A stretch of DNA of 45,663 nucleotides from Octopus bimaculoides (lineage: Eukaryota), in contig NC_068982.1 of NCBI RefSeq assembly GCF_001194135.2, forward strand, positions 186,814,915 through 186,860,577, in the 5' to 3' direction. Every line of letters starts with the position of its first letter. The stretch's first letter is position 1. Below, in pieces: positions 11,101-21,839 of this stretch. The notes below the pieces were generated by a model. It saw nothing but the letters and a program-made list of their open reading frames with translations. It did not search any database and was not told the DNA's origin. Position numbers and translations under genes: made by a program.

Positions 11101-13570
11101 AGGATGGGACAAGGAGAATCGAAAATTTAAGATATTCACATTGGATTGTCAACTTTTGGATTCAATTAAATTTAATGATTACTATTATATTAAAATGTGT
11201 CGATGGCAGTCAAACACACTGGTCATTACGGAGAGGGATTATGAAGCTGATGATGATGGTGATGATAAATCCCAACTGTTGACATTAAAAGTGGAATTTC
11301 CATTGTTGTTGGTAATTTACCAAACGAGAAATAAATATGAATACATGGCTTCTTTATCAAACAATCAACTGGTTTGTAGTAAATGGAGAGATAGAAATCA
11401 TTTGTATGTCATTGCTGTTGATGATATACATTCGAATGTGAAGGAAATAAAACAAATAGACATACCTGAACCATTAATATGGAGAAAAGAAGATGGAAAG
11501 TATTCACGTGATGACATTAAGGATATTAATGTTACTGCTGAAGATGTCATTGCTGTCTTAAACATGAGATTTGTCATTTTCTTCAACAGTGATGGTCAAT
11601 ATTTACATTCGGTCACTCACTACATGCGGTTTCATTGCTATGGTGATGATCACAAGATAACATTTGATGGCGGTTTTTTGTACATTCATGGTGAATGGGA
11701 GAAATATTCAGGTTTATTTCAATATCAAAACATTTTGTATTTCACCCAGACTGGGGAATACAAGAAAATATTTTTAAATCAAAGAATTTATAAAGGTCAA
11801 GTATATTTCTTCAGTATAAACTGTAAAGGACCAAGGGTTGTTGGAGTCCCCAAATGGGGATTGAGAGAGGATGAAATGTATGTTGAAGGGTTGTTTATGG
11901 TGAATCAAGAAAGCTTCCCGGTTGCTCGTTTACAAACAGACGAATTTCCTGTTCAAGTAAAAGATTTTGATATTTCTGATGAAGGAAAGACAGTTGTGTG
12001 TGAAAAAGCCAATAATGGAAATGTTAAAATATTTGATGAAGACGGGGAGTTGCTATGTCACAGAAATGTTGCAAGTTTAGTTTGTGGTGTGTGTTTTACA
12101 CAAGAAACACACATAATGACCACGGTTCCTAAAAGAAAAGAAATATTTCAACTGAATGGAAAAGATTTGCAGAAATCTAAAGTTTGGCCAAGTCACATCC
12201 CTTACGGTGTAATATGGAGAAAAGTGGTGGGTATTTACTGGTCTGTCCATATTGAATTGATTGAATGTCATTGCATAAAGATTGATGGGGATCAAACGAA
12301 CATTCTGGAATCTGTGTCGTTATTAAATCTTGATTCTGGTCTTCATTTCCCTTCCATTACATCTGAAACGAACAAGGAAATATTCAGTAATGAATTAATT
12401 AATAAATTGAAGTACAATGGAGGAGATGGAGGAAGAAGAGGTAAATCAGGTGAAATAATTAGTAAAAGTAGTTTAAAGGTGAGATGTGGTAATTACATAG
12501 CGGAGATTAGTAATTCAGGAATTGATGAAATATCAGTGAGGAGACTTCCATATAGAACAGCAATGGTCCCTCTTTCCATTCCTGCATTCAAGGAACCTGT
12601 TACTTATGATTATGAGGACATTAGGGACTAGAACAGTAAACTAATTAAGTTAGATGAGAATGTGAGTGTGTTGATATTTCGAGAAAGTGTCACTTTAATC
12701 AGAACAACAACAACAACAGTGGACATACTTCAACATGAACAACAACAACAATTACCACTGGACATATGTCGGTGGACAGATGAATGTTTCATTGTCGCCT
12801 TTGGTAGAGAAATGAGGGTCTTCAACAGGGATCTCCGTTGTTTAAAAACCATCAGAACTGAGAAATACTACAACAGGATTTATAAATACAACGACAATCA
12901 ACTGGTGTGTGATGGTCATTATATTAGAGACATGACTCAAGAAGAGAGAAACAAGAAATACGGAATTATATGGATGAACAACAAGGATTGCTACATTTGC
13001 AAAGACTCCAACACCTTTGACTCTTATTATGTGGATGTGGTTGATATCAAAGATGGGAAATGTAAAGATGAAGTGTGTCGTGGGGAGACGTGGAGATATT
13101 TAAGGTTGGAAGGAGATGAAGGGGTGGATAATGTGGCAGTCACATCTTTTGGTGATGTTGTTGTTATGAAGAGGGAGAAGGCGGGGTTGCATGTAGCATG
13201 GTGCTCTGATTTGTGTGTTGTGGAATTGTTCAGGGAAAAGTCATTGGTGAGGAAGATAAGAATACTAGGAAGAATGTATTCTACTTCATCATATTATATT
13301 GCAAGACATCATTTAACCACAATTGGTGAATGTGTTTATATAACAGGTGCCGAAAACAATATTTACAAAATACCGCGACTTATTGAAGAGGAAACGTCTG
13401 AAGATAATGAAATCCTGATATCTGAAAAGGATCCAAAATATTTACTCCTCAGTTGGGATGAAAATGAAGTCGTTGAAGTTCTTGGTTTTGATATTTCAGA
13501 AAATTCTTTGATGGTTTTTGGAATTATTCCTGGACGTCAACCTTTTGCTTTCTTTCATTATGACAAATAA
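8161..13570 (+). pseudogene. Disrupted large single-exon gene: helical N-terminal region plus six tandem NHL/TolB-like beta-propeller modules (~1,800 codons)
   Basis: Track ORFs 8093-8803, 8862-10226, 10064-12631 and 12662-13570 join end to end: +1 shift near 8795 (..TICCVT/QETDRNDVHCPSSVTSFTRIG..), -1 shift near 10080 (..KWQWQL/PFPVHPHIAV..), and in-frame TAG at 12629-12631 with the frame continuing NSKLIKLDENVSVLIF. Recurrent blade pattern (LVVSD-N..LLY..G.I..LP..A.DICRW...I.VT). AATAAA overlaps the terminal TAA (13566-13571). The true 5' end is hidden by the gap at 8151-8160. Confidence 0.8.
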
Positions 13571-13817
13571 ATATTTCCAGAAATATTAAACTTCAATCTT
13601 CTTCTTCTTATTATTATTATTGTAAATGGGTTCACCCGGGAATTGAACCTGCATTATATTCTGTACAATAACAATTAGTGTTGTAACATTCCTCAACACA
13701 CTCTCTTTGTGTGTGTGTGTATATTTATATGTAGTATATATACATGTGTTTATATATATACACACATATTTAGGAATGTATAGAAATAAGGCTATAAACA
13801 TAAATATGAATTCACTT

Positions 13818-13848
<31 letters not shown>

Positions 13849-13851
13849 AAC

Positions 13852-13970
13852 AGGTGCTCCAGCATGGCCGCATTCAAATCACTGAAACAAGTAAAAAAAA
13901 ATGTTTAACAGTTCTGGGATAATTTTGCCGTTTAAATAAAATGTGTATATACATGTGTGTGTATATATAT
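13852..13970 (+). repeat. SINE tail plus unique 3' flank, duplicated at ~17458-17575
   Basis: aggtgctccagcatggcc(g/a)cattcaaatcactgaaa..gtaaaa...taacagttctg(g/a)gataattttg..gtttaaataaaatgtgta is shared, including sequence beyond the SINE tail. Confidence 0.8.
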
Positions 13971-14008
13971 ATGTGTGTGTGTGTATATAATGTTTAAATA
14001 TGCATGTT

Positions 14009-14067
<59 letters not shown>

Positions 14068-14187
14068 NNNNNNNNNNNNNNNNNNNNNNNNNNNNNNNNN
14101 NNNNNNNNNNNNNNNNNNNNNNNNNNNNNNNNNNNNNNNNNNNNNNNNNNNNNNNNNNNNNNNNNNNNNNNNNNNNNNNNNNNNNNN

Positions 14188-14402
14188 GCAAACATTGCAG
14201 ATTAAGCTTTCCCCATTCACTATACGAGCCGTGCGCTTTCGCGCAGCTCGCTTAAGTTCTTCATGCTGGATACGTGCTCTCTCAAAAGTGTCGATCCCCT
14301 CCTTAACCTGCTTCCTCCATCCGTAGTGATGACAGGCATTGTTCTCCCAGTCAGTGTCCTGCATATCACAGGCCTTTAATGAGGACTTGACACAGTCCTT
14401 AA
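14188..14402 (-). mobile_element. RTE (BovB-like) LINE ORF2 C-terminal fragment
   Basis: Minus translation LKDCVKSSLKACDMQDTDWENNACHHYGWRKQVKEGIDTFERARIQHEELKRAARK...LICNVC fits the RTE C-terminus (W.....DR..WR, then a zinc-finger start). Confidence 0.75.
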
Positions 14403-14414
14403 GAGGAAGAAGAA

Positions 14415-14543
14415 GAAGAAGAGGTAAATCAGGTGAAATAATTGGTAAAGGTAGATTAAAGGTGAGATGTGGTAATTACATAGTGAAGATTAGTAGTTCA
14501 GGAATTGATGAAATATCAGTGAGGAGACTGCCACATAGAACAG
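14415..14543 (+). pseudogene. Isolated fragment of a paralogue of the six-propeller gene
   Basis: About 90% nucleotide match by eye to 12432-12560: RRGKSGEIIGKGRLKVRCGNYIVKISSSGIDEISVRRLPHRT vs RRGKSGEIISKSSLKVRCGNYIAEISNSGIDEISVRRLPYRT. Confidence 0.9.
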
Positions 14544-14544
14544 T

Positions 14545-16530
14545 AGGAAAGTCGGACTGGTGGCAATTTACGCCCCCAATAATGGTTAGTCTGAGTATTT
14601 CCGAGACCTAGAAAAGTTTCTTGGTACGTCGTACCCATTGGTTTTGTTAGGAGACTTTAACACCATTCACGATCATCATCGTTATTTAACGTCCGCTTTC
14701 CATGCTAGCAGGGCTTGGACGATCTGACTGAGGACTGGTGAATCAGAAGGCTGCACCAGACTTCAATCTGATCTGGCAGTTTCTACAGCTGGATGCCCTT
14801 CCTAATGCCAACCACTCTGAGAGTGCAGTGGTTGCTTTTACGTGCCACCGGCATGAGGGCCAGTCACTCGGTACTGGCAACGGCCACGCTCAAAATGGTG
14901 TTTTTACGTGCCACCTGCACAGGAGGCAGTCCAGCAGCACTGGCAATGACCTCGCTCGAATGATTTTCTAATGTGCCACCGGCACAAGTGCCAGTAAGGC
15001 GACGCTGATAACGATCACGCTCAAATGGTGCTATATACGGACCACTAGCACGGAAGCCAGACAGCTGCTCTGGCAATAATCACGCTCGGACAGTGCTGTT
15101 AGTGCTCCACTGGCACAGGTGCCAGTCATCGAATACGGTTCAATTACGATTTCGATTTCACTTGCCCCAACCCAATGAAGGAGAGGTTGAGATGGGTGCC
15201 AGTTGTCGAAGTTGGTTTGATTTCGATTTCAAAATCACTTGCCTCAACAGGTCTTTGAAAGCAGAGTTTAGTGTCCAATGAAGTAAAGATATGAATAAGT
15301 GAGCTGGCTGCGTGGATAATGTTGGCTCAAACTCAGATAGGGTACCGAATGCCGGCTTCCGGGATCTACTAAGTCACTTTCAGCTGGTGGATCCATACAG
15401 ACTTGAATTCCCGAACACCCCATTGTGGACATTGGTTAAGTGGTGAGGGGTCTTTTAAGTCATATATAGATAGGATTCTAATTAGAGAAATAGACAGAGA
15501 CATAGCTAAGTGTCCACAATTCCACTTGGTCAGCTACAGTGATCATAAATTGGTCACTTGTAAGCTGAACCTAGATAAGTTACAGAATAGAGGATCCGGT
15601 TACTGGAAACTCAATAAGTCCCTTTTGGCAATTGAGGAGTACAGGACTCGGATTAAGTTACTGATACAGAGGGCTTTAACAGGTACCATCATTAATAATA
15701 AATGGCGGTACACCCTCAAAAGAGCCATTAAATTTGAGTCTGTTAGATATAGCATAGGTTTAGTGGCTAGAGAGCATAAGAGGGAACTAGAACTAGTTGA
15801 GGAAGCTGTGTTGATTGGTAGTGCTGCTCAGGTGAAGGCTAAGAGACTGGAATTAAACCAGCACCTCGAGGCCAAACACATGGGATACTTTATCAGGGCT
15901 AGACTTCATGCAATGGGGAGTGAGGGGATCAATGCTGCTGGATGGGCCCGAGTGGTGGAAACCCAACGTGGAAATGATTCTACAATTCCATCTTTGGAGA
16001 ACCTACAAGGCGAGATTGTGAACGAACCCGATGAGATGTGTAAGGCTTTTCAGGAGGGGCGATGGACCAGATAGTAGGTTGAACCTTTCGGACTTCCTTG
16101 CCGGGCTGCCGCATCTCTCAGGACAGAATGCTGAGTGCTGTGAAGGGTCAATCACACCTGAGGAGGTGAGAGAGGCTATAGCTGACTGCAAAGTTGGTTG
16201 GGCGCCGGGACTTGAAGGTTTGCCTTACGAATTGTACAAAAGCATGCCAGACTTGTTTGGGCAAATGGCTTTCTTTCTAAGCCGTTCTCTATCAAGCGCT
16301 CAGTTTGCCAAGGATGTCCACTCTCGATGATTTTGTATGTGATGGCCCTAGAGCCGTTACTGCGAAAGTTGAGTGGCATCCCGAGGGGGACAGCTGTTTT
16401 CAGCATATGTAGATGACATCACCATTATCGTAACCAAGATGGAACACTTACAGAGGGTAGGTGAAACCAGTAAGGTTTACGAGAAGGTGGCAAGAGCAAA
16501 GGTTAACTGGGAAAAGTCAGTCAGAGAAAA
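14545..16530 (+). mobile_element. L1/Tx1-clade LINE ORF2 remnant (AP endonuclease plus partial RT), interrupted by an RTE-tail repeat at 14672-15290
   Basis: APE motifs LVAIYAPN...LVLLGDFN, IDRILI, SDHKLV, GSGYWKLNKSLL; RT motifs APGLEGLPYELY, QGCPLSMILYVMALEPLLRKL, AYVDDITI, AKVNWEKS. Multiple stops, frameshifts and an internal deletion. Confidence 0.85.
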
Positions 16531-16680
16531 TGTTCAAAGAAAGATGGTTGCATGTTGTGGGGGTGCTGGGAATGAAAGATTCCTCGTGAACGTGTCATAA
16601 GTCTGTATACAAAGGTTCCAGTAGGGGATTGGGACTCGTGGGGTCGGAGCGTAACCCATCTGCTCCTATGAGAATCTGTC

Positions 16681-17450
16681 GTTCATGAGCACCTGGTAAA
16701 GCTTGGGTACACAAATCGCTCCAATGTTTGGGTACTACATGAGTTGAGTGAGAAGAACCTTTTGGATCGCATTTCCATCTGTGATTCGCTTTATAAATGT
16801 AATGAAAACGTGCCTTTTTTAAAGCAAATTGTGACAGGTGATGAGAAATGGATTATCTACCGAAATGTTCAGAGAAAGCGATCCTGGAGTGAACGACATG
16901 AGCCACCCTTAGTCACCCCCAAAGCGGGTCTTCACCTTAAAAAGGTCTTGCTTTGTGTCTGGTGGGATTGGAAAGGAATTCTGTACTATGAGCTTCACCC
17001 AAGTAACCAGACAATTAATTCTGAGAAATACTGCACACAACTGGATGAGTTAAAAGCAGCAATTCGAGAGAAACGTCCAGAATTGGCCAACAGGAGGGGT
17101 GACCACACGTTTCTTTGGGAACCAGACAAAAATTGCTGCAGCTCGGCTGGGATGTGTTACCCCACCCTCCATATTCACCTTCGGATTTTCACTTATTCAG
17201 GTCTCTGCAGAATAGTCTTAATGGTAAAACTTTCAATTCCTTGGATGACGTAAAAAGATACCTTGATGAATTCTTTGCCATGAAACCACCGCATTTCTGG
17301 GAAGAGAGTATTTTCAAGTTAAAGGAAAGATGGAGATGCATTGTGCAACACAATGGTTCATATTTGGTTGATTAAAAATGTAATGGCAAGTATTTATTGA
17401 CCTTTTTCTTTCCTTTAAACATCGGCAAGAACTTTCCGGACAACCCAATA
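16681..17450 (+). mobile_element. 5'-truncated mariner (DD34D-type) transposon, defective
   Basis: WVLHEL (WVPHEL), IVTGDEKWI, KVLLCVWWD, HPPYSP-SDFHLF; 3' TIR ...actttccggacaacccaa followed by TA (17449-17450). Small deletions remove the FHHDNA catalytic Asp region and DLAP. Confidence 0.9.
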
Positions 17451-17557
17451 CATAAAGAGGTGCTCCAGCATGGCCACATTCAAATCACTGAAAGAAGTAA
17501 AAGAATTTGTAACAGTTCTGAGATAATTTTGAAGTTTAAATAAAATGTGTACATACA

Positions 17558-17592
<35 letters not shown>

Positions 17593-17684
17593 CAAATAAT
17601 AAGCAACACGGATTTCAAAAGTGATTGCAGTACGCACGTTTCATGCTACTTCAATTTATTTCAGTAATGTGAGCATTACCTTAG

Positions 17685-17935
17685 ATGCAATATGAAGAGC
17701 AATCTTCAGCTGCACGAAAAAATGTAGAAAAAAAGACATATTACAAATGTGGCAACATATTAAAACCAAGTGGGAGAGAGCAGAGGACTAGCCTGATAGA
17801 CCCTGCTATGTCAAGATGGACTTATATATTCTTCCTCTGCTCTCTCCCACTTGGTTTTAATATGTTGCCACATTTGTAATATGTCTTTTTTTCTACATTT
17901 TTTCGTGCAGCTGAAGATTGCTCTTCATATTGCAT
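17685..17935. repeat. Perfect 103-bp inverted repeat with a 45-bp spacer (fold-back element)
   Basis: 17685-17787 is the exact reverse complement of 17833-17935; the right arm ends at an N gap and may extend further. Confidence 0.9.
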
Positions 17936-18171
17936 NNNNNNNNNNNNNNNNNNNNNNNNNNNNNNNNNNNNNNNNNNNNNNNNNNNNNNNNNNNNNNNNN
18001 NNNNNNNNNNNNNNNNNNNNNNNNNNNNNNNNNNNNNNNNNNNNNNNNNNNNNNNNNNNNNNNNNNNNNNNNNNNNNNNNNNNNNNNNNNNNNNNNNNNN
18101 NNNNNNNNNNNNNNNNNNNNNNNNNNNNNNNNNNNNNNNNNNNNNNNNNNNNNNNNNNNNNNNNNNNNNNN

Positions 18172-18213
<42 letters not shown>

Positions 18214-20099
18214 CATATATGCATATATGTATACGTATATATATATATTATATATGCATGTATGTATACGTATATATATATATGTATACGTACATATATA
18301 TTTATACATATACGCATGTATGTATTCTAATGACTGGTCCCAAACCAGTGACTTTCATATCATTGATGCTCCATTAAAACGTAGACGACCGAAAGCAACA
18401 ACGGTAACATAATCAGCAGCAGCAGACGAGAACTACCACCACCACCGCCGCCGTCTACTATTCAAATTGGTGTTATTGACACCGTTGAAACGAATTAAAA
18501 CGCATTTGAACAATTATTTAAAGATATTTGATTAGTTTATTGTTTGAAGTTTAAAAAAAATTTCATAAAACTATGACTCTCCATGTACGATTAGAATTTC
18601 TGTTTTGGGCCTGGAAAATACATATTTTTGACAAAGAAAATCTTTCATTGTAGTTGACGACAAGAAAAGAAAAGGCGCCAAAAATGATGATAATAATCAG
18701 GGGAGGTAATGGGAGAAGCAAGAAACACAGGAGAGGTAAGCAACTTAGCAACAGGCATAAATAAGTTTCAGTAAAGTTGTTAATGTTTATATCATTTGTT
18801 GGCAAACATATTTAACTGAATGTGGACGTAATTTATATTGAAATGACAAATATACGCCACTTTGACGCTATCAAAATATTCCTATATTCTGGACACAAAG
18901 TTTATAAGTAATTATCATTCTACCTTAATTGTAAGTATTGTTATATTGATGCTCGTTTTGAAATCTCCTTGGAAACATCGTCTCCAGTCATGAAATTATT
19001 CCCAACATTCAGNNNNNNNNNNNNNNNNNNNNNNNNNNNNNNNNNNNNNNNNNNNNNNNNNNNNNNNNNNNNNNNNNNNNNNNNNNNNNNNNNNNNNNNN
19101 NNNNNNNNNNNNNNNNNNNNNNNNNNNNNNNNNNNNNNNNNNNNNNNNNNNNNNNNNNNNNNNNNNNNNNNNNNNNNNNNNNNNNNNNNNNNNNNNNNNN
19201 NNNNNNNNNNNNNNNNNNNNNNNNNNNNNNNNNNNNNNNNNNNNNNNNNNNNNNNNNNNNNNNNNNNNNNNNNNNNNNNNNNNNNNNNNNNNNNNNNNNN
19301 NNNNNNNNNNNNNNNNNNNNNNNNNNNNNNNNNNNNNNNNNNNNNNNNNNNNNNNNNNNNNNNNNNNNNNNNNNNNNNNNNNNNNNNNNNNNNNNNNNNN
19401 NNNNNNNNNNNNNNNNNNNNNNNNNNNNNNNNNNNNNNNNNNNNNNNNNNNNNNNNNNNNNNNNNNNNNNNNNNNNNNNNNNNNNNNNNNNNNNNNNNNN
19501 NNNNNNNNNNNNNNNNNNNNNNNNNNNNNNNNNNNNNNNNNNNNNNNNNNNNNNNNNNNNNNNNNNNNNNNNNNNNNNNNNNNNNNNNNNNNNNNNNNNN
19601 NNNNNNNNNNNNNNNNNNNNNNNNNNNNNNNNNNNNNNNNNNNNNNNNNNNNNNNNNNNNNNNNNNNNNNNNNNNNNNNNNNNNNNNNNNNNNNNNNNNN
19701 NNNNNNNNNNNNNNNNNNNNNNNNNNNNNNNNNNNNNNNNNNNNNNNNNNNNNNNNNNNNNNNNNNNNTTTCGAGAGTGGAGAGAAGAGATTCAGAAAAT
19801 TCACACGTCTCTTTATTTTCTCACAACTTTCTGAAATGTTTTTTTTTTTTTCATGAAATTTTCTTTAAATATATTTTAATTGGTGAAGATTACGGTTATA
19901 TTGGAATTCAATATGAAACGGAAAAAACTTGTTGGGCGCGTAAAAATACATACATACTGATACACACGTGTATCTACAAAATGAAACTGAAGTTTCGAAA
20001 AATTTGTGTGACTCAGTATGTATGTAGACGTGCCCAACGTACACATAGGTATTTTTCACATTAAATTCCGATATTATCGTAATCTACACCATCTGAGAG

Positions 20100-20192
20100 G
20101 TATTTGTAGAAGATTTAATTTTTTTAAATATCTATTTTTCTGAAAGTTATGAGGAAACAAAGTCGCGGAGCGGCACACTTGTGTAGGTATGC
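20100..20192 (+). promoter_or_regulatory. Candidate TSS/non-coding first exon of the CEP57-like gene
   Basis: Local CpG cluster gtcgcggagcggc followed by a donor-like ag|gtatgc at 20187; a possible second UTR exon lies at 20654-20720 (cag|...|gtaagt, no ATG). Inference only. Confidence 0.25.
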
Positions 20193-21769
20193 CTTGTGTG
20201 TGTATGTGTGTGTTAGGACAGTTGATAAATGCAACTCAATGAGTATTTATATTTTTTCAATTGTTAGAACGTCTTTATAAACAAACCCTGAAGCACTGAG
20301 TGAGTTGGTATCTTAGAAATGAAGAAAATCTTGAATGCAGGAAAATAGCTATGTATTCAGGTAAAATATCTTTATGGATGGGCCACCTTTTTTGCGTTTA
20401 TAAGGGTATTTTACCTGATCCTTCAAGCCAGGGGCAGACAGAGTATTAAGAATCCTTGGGCACTACTGTTTACCAGGCGCCTTAGCATTGATTTAGTAGA
20501 GTTGACATGTAGAGTGTGGGCCCTCGGGCAGTATCCAATTGACCGACTGCTCAGTTTGCCCCTGCTACAAGCTGTTTTCAAAACTATTTTTCTCTATTTG
20601 AAATTTTCTTCATTTCACCCCCCACCCCCATTATTTCTACCTGGTACAAACAGTTGTGGGGGTCACCGTGCAACTTGCACAACTGAGTGAGGTGTTGTAT
20701 TGAGGGAGACAGTTCAGTATGTAAGTAGCCCTTTTCTCACACAAAATATAATTATAGGTAACTGTTGCTGAAAGTTTAAATATGGTTGGCTGCGACATGA
20801 ATCGTATAAAAAGAAGAAAAAAAACCCACCTGAGAAGCTTTTCTCTAAAATTTAAGGAAAGAAAATCAGTTTCGAATCGTTTAAGATGTTCTGCAGTTTA
20901 AATGTCTGACCATATTGAATTTTTAATGTAATTCTAGTTGATTGAAAACACTTTTTTAAAAACAGGGATGAAGCCAGCCAACTTATGTGTGGCCTTTCCT
21001 TCTTTGGACACAAAACCCTGCTTGCGAAGACCTGTTGAGGCAAGTGAAATCGAAATCGAAAATCAAACCAAATTCGTTGACTGGCACCCATGCCAACCTT
21101 CCTTCATTGGACACTAAACTCAAGTGAGATCGAAACTGAACCAAATTTGATGACTGGCACCCGTGCCAGTGGAGCACTAACAGCACTACCAGAGCAGCAG
21201 TCTCACTTCTGTGCCGGTGGCACGTAAAAAAAACACCATTTGAGTGTGGCTGTTGCTAGTACTGCCAGACTGGCCCTCGTGCCAGTGAAACGTAAAAAGT
21301 ACCCACTACGCTCTGAGTGGTTGGCATTAGGAAGGGAATCCAGCTGTAGAAATTCTGCCAGATCAGATTGGAGTCTGGTGTAGCCATCTGGTTCGCCAGT
21401 CCCCAGTCAAATCGTCTGGTTCAATTTCGATTTCACTTGCATCAACAGGTCTTCACAAGCAAGGTTTTGTCTCCAAAGAAGGAAAGGTAAAGGCCACGGG
21501 TTATGGTCTCACTTGTCTTGCCGGGTCATATTTCCAAAGGTCTCGGTCACTAGTCATTGCCTCGGTGAGGTCAATGCCATGTTCGAAGGCCGTGCTTCAT
21601 CACCTCATCCCAGGTCTTCCTGGGTCTAACAGAGATCTTTAGATTCTTGGTATTGTTTGTTGAGGACTGAAGAATTTTCCAGCTCTGAAAAGGTAAGCCA
21701 GTCTTTGTGATGCAGTCATTCTGATGCCGAAATAATAATCCTGCTTTTTTTTTTTCTTCTTTGATACAG

Positions 21770-21839
21770 ATGTCTAGTCTTTCAGGTAGTTCTAGCATTG
21801 AAATACCATTGGACATTTCTCTTGAAAATCAAGTACAAG
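21770..21839 (+). CDS. CEP57-like exon 1 (short C-type, phase 0-1): MSSLSGSSSIEIPLDISLENQVQ
   Basis: ttctttgatacag|ATG acceptor and aag|gtaaacc donor match those of exons 4 and 7; its ATG may be the start or may continue an unseen upstream exon. Confidence 0.65.

Noticed and set aside
8862-13570. Treating ORFs 8862, 10064 and 12662 as an operon of separate genes
   Set aside because: The context is eukaryotic, the breaks fall mid-module and the frames join seamlessly, so this is one disrupted gene.
14820-15130. CRISPR-like repeat/spacer appearance of the ~65-bp units
   Set aside because: Units are homologous along their whole length with no unique spacers, they sit inside a dispersed eukaryotic retro-repeat, and there are no cas genes.
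18360-18500. CpG-enriched segment as a possible divergent promoter or first exon
   Set aside because: Only compositional evidence; no linked exons were found on either strand.
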